A stretch of DNA of 63,627 bases, filler included, from Choristocarpus tenellus KU-1152 (GCA_964200185.2; 13 parts of 13 records of this genome joined end to end with filler, not necessarily neighbours in it), one strand, 5' to 3'; shown: positions 39,648 through 52,690, counted from the first letter of the whole stretch. The notes: generated by a model not told the origin, from the letters alone. Numbers and translations: made by a program.

Positions 39648-39904
39648 GAGTGACAGTATCTTAGAGGGTAAGAGTTTTTCCCTGTTTGTCCATTTTAGGG
39701 CTTGACTTTCCATGTTTTTTATGACATTTTCCTACCCCAAAATGTTTCGGAGAAGGTAAAATATATGCGTTATGAAATGATGTGTCCGGAACAAGGATAT
39801 TGACACTTCCAAAGTAACACAATAGCCAAAATTACATCAAAATCGCAACATTGAATTTTGGTCGCCAAATGGACACAGCCCTACCCTCTAAAATACTTTG
39901 GGTC
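39648..39904 (-). mobile_element. MITE family A copy (reverse)
   Basis: TIRs; flanks GCAT/GCAT. Confidence 0.9.
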
Positions 39905-40189
39905 GCATGTTGCCTAATACACATCCTAAACATTGACTAGATTATGTGAGATGCCCTGTGTCATTGTAACGCCTGACACAATCACCATTTGACTCAAAAA
40001 TCCCACTATATGTACGATACTATTATGTGTCACGGCGAATGTTTCATAAACGTATACCAATGTTCATATCACACTGTGTTATGTGCTTGTATCAGCACAC
40101 ACAGTGTAACCGCAACATACTTCCTGCGACCATCCTAAAAGTGTGCAAGTTCCTTTCGTGTCCATTAGCCTAGTGTCTCCAGCTTGGAG

Positions 40190-41000
40190 AGCATTACCCT
40201 CCTCAAAATCGGTAGGTACCTGTGCATTCACCAGCTACAAGCGCTACCTGTCTCACACGGGTCTTGACAGGTCCTTCCTGACCCCATACCCTCTTCCCCT
40301 TACCACATAAGTGGCCAACTCATCAAAGAACCTATTTGGTTGCACAACAAGATGTCCAAGACTTTGCTGAGATTAGAAGTACAAGAGTCAATGGATTCCT
40401 TGTAGTGGACGTGCGTTCGTCCGTCAGCTGCTGCTGCAGCAGCATCATTGTTGATGAATGGTTGGCGAAGTGTTATGCTGCCCGGACCTTTGTCTCAATA
40501 GGGGGCTGAGCCAGCTTCCAATAAAGTCCCAAGTTGGAACACCACATCCATATGGAAAGTCCTATCTAGTGTGAACGGGCGGCCATCCTCCAGCGTTCAA
40601 GAGGTGCCTGTTCCCTGGCAGATTTGGCACCATTTCACCATTGGTATGTGCTAATTAACCTCTCCTCCCGCCCCAGGGCAGGTTCGGGGATGTTTAGTGT
40701 CTACATGCTTCCTCCTGCACCCGGCCACCAGGCACCTATTCAACAGGGGTCCCTTCTCTCCTAAATACCTTCTGGTAGTGAGACTAAGCTCCACAGAGGA
40801 GGGATCCGGCATGCTGGCTCCAGGGACAGTGTAGTGTGGTGGCCCATGTATTAGTCCCTTCCCCATACTTGCTCCTGTGGCAGCCTAGAGCCAGTGAGGA
40901 ATTTTCCCTCCACTGTTCCCCGGCGGCTGCAGGAAGGGTGGCTGCCTGTGCCCTGAAGAAGTTCAATCAAATCCTATTTGAGTAGGTGCCTGACCTCGTA
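40190..41000 (-). pseudogene. Decayed CRE-like non-LTR retrotransposon C-terminal region
   Basis: CLVAGCRRKHVDTKHPRTCPGAG zinc-knuckle-like; LEDGRPFTLDRTFHMDVVVP; DAAAAAADGR, paralleling 3938-4310. Confidence 0.65.
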
Positions 41001-41466
41001 CTAGGCTCTCTTTGTGGTCATGGCATCATATACTGCCAAGGAACAATCCTCCGGAACTGAAGCAGGACTGGTTGTACCAACCCAATCAACCCAGTCCTAC
41101 CATACTCCTAACCAGATCCTCCGAGGGGAATCCTGGTGATATGGTAGCGTGAATGAATGATCCCACAGCCTGTGTTATGGGGCTCGTACAAATGGCTTAT
41201 GTGAAGGCCTCTCCACGGGGCCCTTGCTGTCTGGCTAGATATTTGAGAATCCCTGCGTGAAGACGATGTGTCACATGAGAACATTTCCCTTGATATATTA
41301 CATTCTGAGTGCATACACTGGCATCGATGTTTGACCTCTACATTAGACTGAAAACTACAAGGACAACGGGGAGGGTCACTACCTGACCACCCAGTGCACG
41401 CATGCGTATTGGACCGCTTACTCTTATAGAACTACTGGGTATAACACAGTATAGAACAATACTGAT

Positions 41467-41640
41467 GGCTTAAAGTATCTGGGAGGGGGTAGCGGCTGTC
41501 CATTTGGGGTCAATTTTTTCATGTCGCGATTTTGGAGTGATTTGGTTACATACGTCGGATGGATACTATAAATGCACTTTTCCTGATTTTGGTCCAAATA
41601 GACACCCTAGTGTAGACCCCCCCCCCCCCCCCCCCCTCCT
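41467..41640 (-). mobile_element. MITE family B copy, long end lost in poly-C near the contig end
   Basis: GGCTTAAAGTATCTGGGAGG...CCCTAGTGTAGACCCCC. Confidence 0.88.
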
Positions 41641-41818
41641 TTGGGGGTTTGGGAAGCAAAAACAAGAAACCAACAATCATTTNNNNNNNNNNNNNNNNNN
41701 NNNNNNNNNNNNNNNNNNNNNNNNNNTTAATTAATTAANNNNNNNNNNNNNNNNNNNNNNNNNNNNNNNNNNNNNNNNNNNNTCCCCGGGTATGGATTTT
41801 GATGTTCTCGCCACCCGA

Positions 41819-41995
41819 GGGGGGGGGGGGGGGGGGGGGGGAGTTTACACCAGGGTGTCCGCTTGGGACAAAATAAGGAAAAGTGCACTTTGATTATCCA
41901 TCCAACGTATGGAACCAAATCACCCAAAAATCGCGATATGGAAAAATTAGCCCCAAATGGACAGCAGCCACCCCCTCCCCCAGATAATTTGGATC
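41819..41995 (+). mobile_element. MITE family B copy
   Basis: Poly-G, TTTACACCAGGGTGTCC...CCCAGATAATTTGGATC. Confidence 0.88.
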
Positions 41996-43068
41996 TTTTT
42001 TTATGTTCCAATTTCACACTCCATTGCAAACTATGGTCAAAGGCAAAGCTCTGTCCGCAACAATTTTTATGCAATCATTACTAGATACTCTATTTTTGTT
42101 TGCTCTTTTTGACAAGCAGTTGCTCATGGGACTTCACTAGTTCAAGAACGAAACATGGGTTGACTTTGTCTTGGAATGGTGCTAAGATTAAGAGGGTTGG
42201 AGATGTTGAAAGGCGGCTACTCATTGGTGAAAGTTTTGTTGAAAATGAGAACAAAACTAGGAAACAGGTTGCCCACAGAAAGTGGGCACTGCAGTTTGAT
42301 TGGATCACAAAAAGTAAAGTAGAAACATAGGTCTCCTCTGCCTCCACATTGGTGCTTCAATCCTTGGATTGTGTGCCTTGAGCCAGACTATTAAAAGTAG
42401 ATTAGTTTTCCCTCCATTTCTATAGAATTCATGTTTATGGAGTGAAGGGAAGAGGTAAGTTGAAGTTCAATGAATTGAAGAATGTTTTTTAAATCAGAAG
42501 GAAACAAGTGAGGCAAAAGGAGATGTGTTGCAAAATGATTGGTTGGGGTCATGGGTTTATTGTCTTGAATGTTTGCTTCAGCGAGTTGGAAACTTTATGC
42601 TTAAGTAATTTGACCAGATAGTTTATGTTGCTGAGTCTGGTCAATATTTTTGTGTGTGCAATTGAAGCAGTGTTGCCAACAAACTTTATAGTGTTCTGTT
42701 GTTATTGAGGGTACAGGTTGAGTGGGTGCGATAAATGAGAATCTGGAACTTCAACACAAGGCACACAAAGCATTTATTGGTTCACTTGATTTCAGAGCAG
42801 AGTAGACCTTCTCAAGTTCAGTTGTTGCCAGGGATAGGGCAGGATGCAAGTATGAATCAAAGGCATTCTCGTAGCCACCAAAACCACTGCTATCACTGCA
42901 AAACTGTGAATTATCCAGGGTCATAAATGAGACCTAGTAAAGGTGCGTAAAGGACTAAATGAGCCCCAGCTGCACCCAAAATTTCATTTTCCGATCAACA
43001 TTGAAAACAGACCCCCTTGTGTAACCTGTGGGGGTAGCGCTTGTGTGACCTGTCAATTGTCGAACATA

Positions 43069-43327
43069 GAATCAAGTATCTTAGAGGGTATAGCCTCGTC
43101 CATTTGGGAGCCAAAATCCAATGTTGCAGTTTTGTTGTAATTTTGGCTATCGTATTTGTTAGGAAGTGTCAATATCCTTGTTCCAGACACTCCTTTTAAT
43201 AACGTATACATTTTACCTACTCCAAAAACATTTTGGAGTAGGTAAAATGTCTTTAAGAACCCGTAGGAAACCAAGCCCCAAACGAACAAACAGGGCAAAA
43301 CCCTTACGCTCTAAGATACTTTCACGC
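43069..43327 (+). mobile_element. MITE family A copy
   Basis: TIRs; TSD ATA/ATA. Confidence 0.93.
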
Positions 43328-43721
43328 ATACAAACACACACACACACACACATTTGACATGTATCATCATTTACCCCTATATCACAACTGCTGTTGGTGC
43401 CATGCTTCCACCCCCCTACAATGCTTTTCTAATTAGAATTCTTATCTATGACTTGTAGCAAGGACACATATAAAATGTGCTCAAGGTTTGTCCCAGAGCT
43501 GAGGCAAGACTGGAGATTTGACACTCACTTTGCCTCCCTACATTATGTTACTTCCACATGCATACGAATAATGCACTTCAACTGCAGGGATTAAAAATAA
43601 ATATAGGAACAAGGTCTGTGAACAAGAGCTAATTGGAAAAACAAAGATGTTAGCCCATTCACTTCAACCCTGATCATACCCACCTCCTCCCCCTTGCATA
43701 TCCACGCAATGTTTGGCTCAG

Positions 43722-45011
43722 GATCTGGCCGTTTTTCCAAGTCCAGGCCCTACGTTGCCACCCTCACCTCCGAACTCCTTTTCTCCAGGTACCGGATCCT
43801 CCCTTCACAATGGTAACCTATCATTCCAAACCATCAATGGGGAGCCTCTCAGCCCTCTCCCCAGTATTAGGGAGCTCGACCAAAGGGTCATTGCAGGAGA
43901 TGGGGGTGTAGATGGATTCCAGAGTGGGAGGTTTGATAGGAATACAAGAGCCAGTACCCACATTCCTGATCCCTTTGCACACAACCCATTCGTGAGAAAG
44001 CGCTCTCCAGTTGCTGCAACGACTAAGCCTACTCTCTCCCCTCAATGTGAGGATTGGAATACTGAGAGCATGAGGGGAGGGGATGTTGGTGGGGGCATTG
44101 ATGATGAGAGCCACGATTTTCTTGACCAACACATGGAGGGGGGAAACAGAGTTCAACGTGAGGATGAGGTGAAATATTCAGAAACAATTGGCAGATTGAG
44201 TGATGAAGCATGGTTGGTGAGGTCCGCATCCCCCCTTTTGAAAATGCCTCTTTCACCACCTAAGATGTCAAGCTTGCCAATCACAGAGAAACAGCCTGAA
44301 AGATGTGATGTTGTAGGCAGAGGTGGAACCGGTACAGGGGTTTGGGAATCCGCACCTACTATTGCTGATGAAGTGAGCCCAAGGTCAGATGAGGTGAAGG
44401 GGCAAGGGGCACCAGGGTGTGTGCAGAAGCTAGTGAGTGATGATGCTGAGGCAGACGACGAGAAGGTTATAGCAGGTTCTAAACAATGTGATGACCGGGA
44501 GCAACAGGGAGACTACAAGGTGATCACACATCCCATTGCAAGGAGGGATGCTGCCGAAACCAAACATGGTAGTAAGAGCACTAATGATAGTGGGTCAATG
44601 GCATCAATGGTAGGAGTTAGAGGTGAGGAAATACATCATTTGATGCCCGCAGGCCGAATGGTTGAAACAAATACTCTTTCACGGAAGAACAGAAGGTGGT
44701 CCCTTGGCAGAATGCGACGGGGATCGCTTGAGGAAGGACGCATGGTGGAGAAGTCTACTCAAGCACTGAAAGTCGTAAACGTCCTGCAGAGTGGGTCAGG
44801 AATGGAGGAGATGGGGGTGGGGATGTTATGGCGGAGTCGAACTGGTGGAAACTCTGAAAGGGAAAGACTGAAGGCCCTTGAACAAGAGAATGGGATTTTG
44901 AGACAAGCGTTGCTTCGAGAGAGGCAGGAGATAGAGCATCTCACTGGGAGTCTGATTGAGAGCAAGTTGGCATTTGCCCAGGTCTCAACAGATCATGGCA
45001 ACCTCGAGCAG
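43722..45011 (+). CDS. Large internal exon (430 codons) of an unknown protein: disordered region plus C-terminal coiled coil
   Basis: Inside the 453-aa ORF, with a CAG/GAT acceptor and CAG/GTAAGA donor; ERERLKALEQENGILRQALLRERQEIEHLTGSLIESKLAFAQ. Confidence 0.7.
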
Positions 45012-45365
45012 GTAAGAATCATGATGTTGTTGGGAATGTTGTATGGGTGTTCTGCACTAACTAGCAAGAGCTAACAGAAGAACGCACATATTCAGGTGCA
45101 CAGCATGCTGTTTGGACAAAGTATATTCTCAATTCTTCTTGCACAAAGCCCCTGTTAACAGAGGCAGAGTGATACAGCCATCCACCATGCTTTCATCCTG
45201 AGTGCCCTCATTATTTCTCAAACTTATGATTGTACGGGCACTCCAGGATGGGCATGTTGTTTGTGCTAAATCTAAGTATTAAAAATAATTCAGGATTACC
45301 ATTCACCTGCCAGTAACACCTCCAAGAGACCTATGCTCAGATCCATGTGTCTAGAGGTAGCAAAT

Positions 45366-45410
45366 GACCCAAAGTATCTGGGGGGGGGGGGGGGGGGGGG
45401 GGGGGGGGAG
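45366..45410 (+). mobile_element. MITE family B end near a contig break
   Basis: GACCCAAAGTATCT followed by poly-G. Confidence 0.7.
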
Positions 45411-45569
45411 CCGGGGGTTGTGTTGCGGGCTATACCAAAAAAGGGTCCAACGCCAATTTAACCCCTTCCNNNNNNNNNNNNNNNNNNNNNNNNNNNNNNN
45501 NNNNNNNNNNNNNTTAATTAATTAANNNNNNNNNNNNNNNNNNNNNNNNNNNNNNNNNNNNNNNNNNNN

Positions 45570-47214
45570 GATTCTTGGAACACTGGATCATGGCTTATCA
45601 GGATGCGGTCACGGGCATAGACTTCGAGCTGAATACTGCGGTTTCATCGGTACTGAGGAGACTGAAGAACAAGTGCGGTTCAAAGATGACGGCTGCTCAT
45701 TTGAAGTCGTACCAAGCGGTTCCCATCGCCTATGCGGCGAGGTCCGCGAAGGAATGTGGAAGCACAGTTTCACGGAATCCGAGACATGCCTTGGCAACGG
45801 AAGCATAAATGGATGTGGCGGTCCCTGGATTCTTGAAGTGGTTTGGAGAGGAAGCCCTAGACTTGAACCCCCCCGACTCTTACGAAGGAAGTGTTGAAGC
45901 AGACAACGTTGGGAACCGGGAAGAAGACCATTCCGAAGATATTCCTAAGTGCGAACACTTCGATATGGTCCAGGTGGACTGAGGCGCAGAAGATTGTCAC
46001 CAACGTGTACATCCCCCTCTGGCTGACGTGAGTATCAAAAGTAGATGTTACCTGAGCTCCTCCTGTATTGCATTTCACTGTCGTAGGTTACACACCTGAG
46101 ATCCATAATCACAACGCTCAGTGGCGAGTATCTTAACATACACACATCCAACACTTTTCTTGCTTCCCAGTCTGGTTCCTGGAGGAAAGTTACAGTCTGG
46201 GGAGCAGGGGACGGACTGCCTGCAGAAGCTGTGCGACCTGTTGTGGGAGGAACAGGAGAAATCGAGGATTACTGGGAGTACCATCGACCTTGTTGGAGGG
46301 GGGGGAAACGAAGTCGAATTTCCAGCGGCGATTGAGGATAAAGTGGTGGGTTCTGATTCAGGAGGTTCCACTTCCAGTCCTGCCAGCGCTACCCCAGAAA
46401 GGCCCAGCGACGAAGTACCCTCTCCTGGATCAGAGGGGAGACCTTTGCCCCAGGTTTCCCCTATTCCCCCCCTCCAAAAAAATGCCAAATGGTTGGATCC
46501 CTCCATATCTTCTCCTGTTTGCAGTGTATGGCCCCCGTCCAATTATGTGCTCCAAGACTTTGACATGAGTATGAGGGACCCCCACAAGAAGGGTCCACAT
46601 CCTGTGACTTAAGCAAGGATAAGGGGTCAGTGGAGTCCTCTTCAATTGAGGGTGTGGAGGCAATGAGGAGGTTCAGGCTAGCAGCAAACCCAGGATCGAG
46701 GAGTCGACAGCAGTTATAGAGGGCTGCTGAGGAGGACTTGAAGTTGGAAGCAAAGTCAAGGAAAAAAAGTAGGATGGATGACCACATTATTTGTGCCCTC
46801 GTATCCACATTGGATGATGCGTCTAGAGACATGAGGAGACATATATAAATCACGGAAGAAAAGGCTACTGCTACGGAAGGTAGGAAGAAAAGGAATGAAG
46901 ATAGGCACAAATTTGACAGAATGCTCAAGACCACTAAGCAAGCTTGGCGGACTTTTGAGAAGAGTGGTGATACTGTTCGGACAGAGTTCTGTAGGAAACG
47001 GTATGAGGAATTGATGGCAGTGAGGTTGGACGAGAATATCAGTGATGCTGGGGTGATGTTGGGAAGTGGTGGGACAGTGGTGAAGGGGGGCTCAGGGGAT
47101 TTGGAGCCAGATAGTGGCGAAGGGGAGGTTGACTTGGGGGCTTTGGGAACAAGCAGTGGCGAAGGGGGGGTTGACTTGCGGAGTTTGGGGACAGGCAACA
47201 GTAGTAGGGGATAG
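45570..47214 (+). pseudogene. Probable Harbinger accessory (Myb/SANT-like DNA-binding) gene, decayed
   Basis: SIWSRWTEAQKIV SANT-like helix; charged C-terminal tail; convergent with the transposase. Confidence 0.45.
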
Positions 47215-47702
47215 ACTTGGGGAATCAGTTGTGACAACACAGCTGTCAGTGCAGGGCTCAGTAGTCTTTCACAGCGGTGCCATGCACATAGGTGTACCAT
47301 CATCACACAGGACGGCATTAGCAAATCTTTGTTCAAATTTGAGGTAATTTGTTATTTTATGGAATATATTTTGTGTAAGGTCCTCTCATCTTGAGCTTCT
47401 GATGTATAACCAAACAAAGCTGTCAATTCTGACCTTGTATCATGACCTTGAGCAAGGTTGAAGTAACGATGGTGACCCCAGCGCTCTTCAGAAGGTTGGT
47501 TAGGGTATAATATTATCCACTACTCAGAACTAAGGGAGCTGCTCTTGTCCATGAGGACAATCTTTACCTAAATATACATTGTCAACAACCAGTGGCAATT
47601 AATTCTTCCTTTTGACTGTTGACTCTCAATCACTCTCGACATTGTACTGGCAAATTCCTCTTTGTCCTGTATTATTTATTTCTACCTCTTCTTGTATGTA
47701 CT

Positions 47703-48830
47703 TTACAAAAGTAAAATCCCAATTGTACCGTTCACTATCACATAAGGTGTCAATAGCGCAAAATGCAAAGTACTGTTTGACAAGCAAGATCCCATCATCA
47801 GGACCTCATCCAAACAACCTCTCCGTTTTCTTCCTTGTACTTGTAGTGTGCTGTGTATGAGCCTATTCCTAAGCTCATCAAATCCCATCTTATCATTTTT
47901 GGCTCCAGGAAACCCAGCCGTGACTCCCCGTGCAAATCCAGTATGGTCAATGGCCACTTCATAGGCAACCGTCGCGTAACCCTCATTACCAATGAAATAC
48001 GGGGCATCACTAATGGGCGCCCTCTTCCATCGCACATGTGTCACATCAGTGGAACCCACAGTACCAGGAAACCCCATAGCTCCATATGTGCGCATGACCT
48101 CCCCCAAATCTTCGCCCTCTGGTAGATAAATCCACTTGGAGTACTTATCAAACGCAAAACACTCACAGAAGCGATGAAACGTGGTTTGTGCTGTGATCTC
48201 AGATATACCGGAACGTTTCTGGATATCATCAAAGCAGTTTCCCCTGGCGAGGATTTGGAGGACCGATAGCACCTGCAGGTGGCAAGTTACATCCAGTACT
48301 GTCAGACCAAAGGACGGTTGAATCTACGAGCCCTATCGAGGTAGCCCTTTCACACACAAACTCTATTGGCGGGAATGCTCACCTTCAGCTTCACGGGTAT
48401 GCCAGGGCGTCCAGTGGCATCTGCGGTTCGACAAACAAGCCACCCCTGCCTTTGTACCTCCTTTACTAAATCTTCAAAGAAAACAAATGGGATTCGCAAC
48501 CGCCTCCTGAACTTCAGCGCCTCCCACGAAGTGACGTCTCTCAGATCTTCCTCTCCTCAGCATAAACCCCCACAAGCTCATCATGTAAAACGGGCCGGTC
48601 TTGGGGGATGCGAAACCTGCGAAATAATGGACGTTCTTCCTCCTCATCCTCCTTGTCCCTCAAAGCGGAGATGAGCAATATCCCAGTTGCGTTTATCCTA
48701 GATGACGCCTCCAATATACAGGTAGATTAATCGAGAGACGATGAACTAGAAGACGACGATCTGGGAGACAATGGATTCGAGGATGATGAACCTGAGGACG
48801 ATGACATTCGGTCTCTTTCACTCTCTTCAT
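47703..48830 (-). pseudogene. PIF/Harbinger-type transposase with a spliceosomal intron at 48273-48382; frameshifted and internally deleted
   Basis: KFRRRLRIPF...GRPGIPVKLK joined to VLSVLQILARGNCFDD...MGFPGTVGSTDVTHVRW...GFPGAKNDK. Confidence 0.85.
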
Positions 48831-49009
48831 CCATTTTGTCCATCTTGAACCATATGTGGTATAGNNNNNNNNNNNNNNNNNNNNNNNNNNNNNNNNNNNN
48901 NNNNNNNNTTAATTAATTAANNNNNNNNNNNNNNNNNNNNNNNNNNNNNNNNNNNNNNNNNNNNTGTTTTTGTAGTGTGTTGTCGCGGCTGGGGGGGGGT
49001 GGGGGGGGT

Positions 49010-49185
49010 GAGGGGGGGGGGGGGGGGGGGGGGGGTGGTGCTGGCTATCCATCTGGGGCCCATTTTTTCATGTTGCAATTTTTGAGTGATTTGGTTGCAC
49101 GTGCTGAATGGGTGCTTTTCTTGGTCAGGGTCAATATGGACACCCTGGTGTAGACCCCCTCCCCCCCCCCCAGATATTTCGAGCC
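49010..49185 (-). mobile_element. MITE family B copy
   Basis: Poly-G...GGACACCCTGGTGTAGACCCC...CAGATATTTCGAGCC. Confidence 0.85.
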
Positions 49186-51073
49186 TGGAAATCGGCAGAC
49201 AAATTCTTCAGAGTAAAGGGGAGCGGAAAGACCCAGAGGAAAGGAAGGGTTAAGCAAGCCTTACTTAGAAGGTCACTCAGGAAAGGAGCGACAAGGTAGG
49301 TAGATGAGGGGGGCTTGTAACCTCCGCTCAATGACCCAATAATCATATCATCGGGAAGCAATACTGACGTCATATGAGGAAACAGACTCTGACGTATACC
49401 TTCTATAGGAATGACGCCTTAAGGGTACAGCTTGACATACATGAAGGAGCCATCACAAACACTCATTTCTATCGATGGCTCAGATCTCTGATAATGTGGG
49501 TGACGACGACAACCGCCAGGTCGTGTTAATGGGACAGTCGTGAGATGGACACAAAAAGGATCAAGGTAAAGAAGAGAAAGAGAGATCTTCCAAGGTGGAT
49601 GGTCAAGGCAACGTCAAGACAATGCGTGCAACTGCTGGAACAAGGTGCGCGCAGACAAATCTGAACAGAAAGGGAACTGAACATATCCAATTCAAGTCTG
49701 ATGTTTGAATTTGAAACAGTTTGCAGTACAACCCAACAAATGAAAGTCATTCATGATGACCTCAAATAATCAAGAATCACTCAAGAGGGCCCCAAAGAGA
49801 CTATCGGCACTCAAGAAGTTCTGAGACAGGGCAGATAAATAATCCATTGAGATTCTGCCCAGAAGTGGGCTTAGGATAAACATGATTTATGGGTGAATCA
49901 AAAGGAGGACAGATTGTCGAGAATATTGTCGATGAGAGAACTTCCGATAGAGATATCTTCGGACTCGAAAAACAGGAAAGACCCTCATGGAAACTCTGTC
50001 TAAAATGTTTCTGTAGAAATGTCTTTTAGAGTTTGGAAGCAGGAAGGACGTTTAGTTGCGCTCTCAACCTCGTATATGCCACTAGAGGTTTCTATCAGAC
50101 CACCTCTCCACGTTTTTATTTCTATTTTTAAATAGTATATTTCATATATATTATAAAAAAAATATCGTCACACAAATTGTTATCATCATGAACCATATGA
50201 ATATCGAATGTGTCGCAAGTGACACGAAGAACATCAAAAAAAGTTGCAATTCACTGACATCCATCCTCCTTCACTCCTCCACCACGCAAAGAATCCCCTG
50301 CCTCAAACCTCCCAGCAAGCATTGCTGCATTGGTGCGGGAGGGAAAACGGCATTGATCTTGACGTGTGAAATCAACGGGAAGAAGATGGGGTTCAGAGAG
50401 TTGGGGAAGGAATGGAAGAGAGCCTTCGCGGCTGAGCCAGTGTGTTGGGGACCACCAGAGAACGTTGCAGATGTGACGTACAAGATGAGTACTGTCAATG
50501 GCATACTCCAAAATCCCCACTTCGAGGTGTGCAAATACTCTAGGTCTCCTACACGATAACTCGAGTGAATCTTTTGGATTTGGATTTGCTTCCCTCCTCA
50601 TGCTTTGATACACGCCTTTCCCTCATTTCTGCCACGTAAAATATCATACTTCGTACCCTGCTAGCTGTGTACCTGAAGGATATGTCAACTCCTGCTAGCA
50701 ACAGAGCATTTCAAAGTATTGATCCATTTCTCCACTCTCACAACTTCAGTCAAGAACTCCCTATAGGAAATGTTTGTGTTGCACTTTTCTCCGTTGCGAC
50801 TACCACTTCCCCCAGCGGCTGCGCAAAGTAAAGGGGTGCTTGCGGTAATTGTTTTGCACCGGATGTTATCATTGCCGATGCCCATTCAATGCCAGAACCT
50901 ACATCCATTTGCCCAATTGGCTTCACAATATGTAAACAGTGACACTGTGTTGAAGTATGCATGCATGTCACCCTTGCGCAACAATTGTCTCCGCCGAAAG
51001 TTTTGTCCTAGATATTCTACCCCCAGCACCTTAGACGAAACACCAAGATGCCTTGCATGCTCGTTTTCCCCAG

Positions 51074-51628
51074 GAGGAGAAGATCAACGGTCTGATCAAC
51101 ACATTCGAAACCCGTGACGACGATGTCTTCGTGTGTACCTTTGTCAAGTCTGGTACTACCTGGACGCAACAGATCATAAATCTGGTAGGTTATCCTACTC
51201 CATACACACCTTAGAACGAACCAATCTATTATAATGCCAACACGGGTGGAAGGAGTGTCGATGCCTGAGATGCTCTGTTTGCATCTTGTACTACCATTAA
51301 CTTTAGTATCACAACCAGGCAAGGGATAGGTTACTATGCCCAGGGAAACCTTCTAAAGCATTCGCTCCCCAAAGAAATCCCCACCCCTCCCTAGAAATAA
51401 CCTACATTAAGATTCTGAAACGACTCACTATTTGCCCAGATTTTGTACCCTTTATGAAAGTGCACCAAGTAACCCACCCCGCCTTCCCCAATGTCTACCA
51501 TTGAACCAATATGTGCTTTTTACCCTGACCAGCTTCTAAATGGAGGGGAACAGGGTTCATCCACTTATGCAGAATCTGTCCCCTGGTTGGAGGCAGTTAC
51601 GACCGGCGGTATTCTCATGGAGAGAGAG
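51074..51628 (+). CDS. Sulfotransferase (Sulfotransfer_1 type), exons 51074-51184 and 51533-51628 (partial)
   Basis: FETRDDDVFVCTFVKSGTTWTQQIINL joined to LLNGGEQG...VPWLE; KSGTTW is the 5'-PSB PAPS-binding loop. Confidence 0.88.
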
Positions 51629-52648
51629 GTGTGGCGAGATACTTTTGCTAGGGAGCATCAAGTATAGGAGCCAATTAATAGTTGGGGGTGGATTGTCCTA
51701 ACATGTGATTAACCGTTGGTTATCATTTTTCTCTTTGGATAGTGTGTTCAATCAAGGTATATGCATGTTACTTTTCTCTTGAGTTGTTGAAATTTGTGGA
51801 TAGGGACTGCCAAACCATAGCAATATACTTTGTTGCTCCATCTACCTTACAGTTGTAATTCTGTTGATGATACGTTGCAAGATGGGTTGAGTTTCAACCA
51901 TTTTTGATTTTTTTGTGTACATGTAGTAGGTGTCCCCAGCACAAGACTGTTGAAACCCCAGGTCATGAATTCAATGGTGTTATCCTTGTATGGGCAGGGA
52001 TGACCTTATTGTATGCATATTTTAGGTCAATTTGTAGATTGTAGAGCAAGGGTCTTAATGTAGGCTAAGAAATGTTTCTCCACCAAAGCCAATGGGGTAG
52101 TTGTTAGGTGCTCAGTATGATTGCCAAGAATACAAATGTACAATCACCCACCTCTTATTTGAATGAAGGTCATTTGCTGTTCGTGGGTATCAATCTCTTC
52201 CTTTGCCCCAAGAATATTTTCTTGTGAGTAATCTTGTGTCTTTAACCGCAAGGTATATATGTACATTTTGCAAGACTACTGCAACTATTTTCCAGTCTAG
52301 AGTATGAAACAAGCTTGATTCCTGTTCTATTGACCTGTGATTGCTTGTATTACACTAAGTTTGGGCAAAGTTTAGAAGTTTTCAAGTCCCCTTTCCCCCC
52401 TGGCTTGTACTTTCAAAGTACCCTTCCTACTCCCTCCCCCCCTTTTGCTTTTCTCTCCTCCACTCTTACCGCCCTCATCCTTTGGNNNNNNNNNNNNNNN
52501 NNNNNNNNNNNNNNNNNNNNNNNNNNNNNTTAATTAATTAANNNNNNNNNNNNNNNNNNNNNNNNNNNNNNNNNNNNNNNNNNNNTTACTTCAAAACACA
52601 TTAGGGTAAGAGTATAAGATATTAAGAAAAAAAAAAAAAAAAAAAAGA

Positions 52649-52690
<42 letters not shown>

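Noticed and set aside
2055-43327. Repeated 20-30 bp motifs as a CRISPR-like array
   Set aside because: They are inverted termini of dispersed MITEs with TSDs, not direct repeats with regular spacers
13310-43327. A/B MITEs acting as introners
   Set aside because: Copies lie inside existing introns or dead TEs; none forms a whole intron or has GT-AG ends
46461-47336. 291-aa minus-strand ORF
   Set aside because: Antisense shadow of the plus-strand accessory ORF; no recognisable motifs
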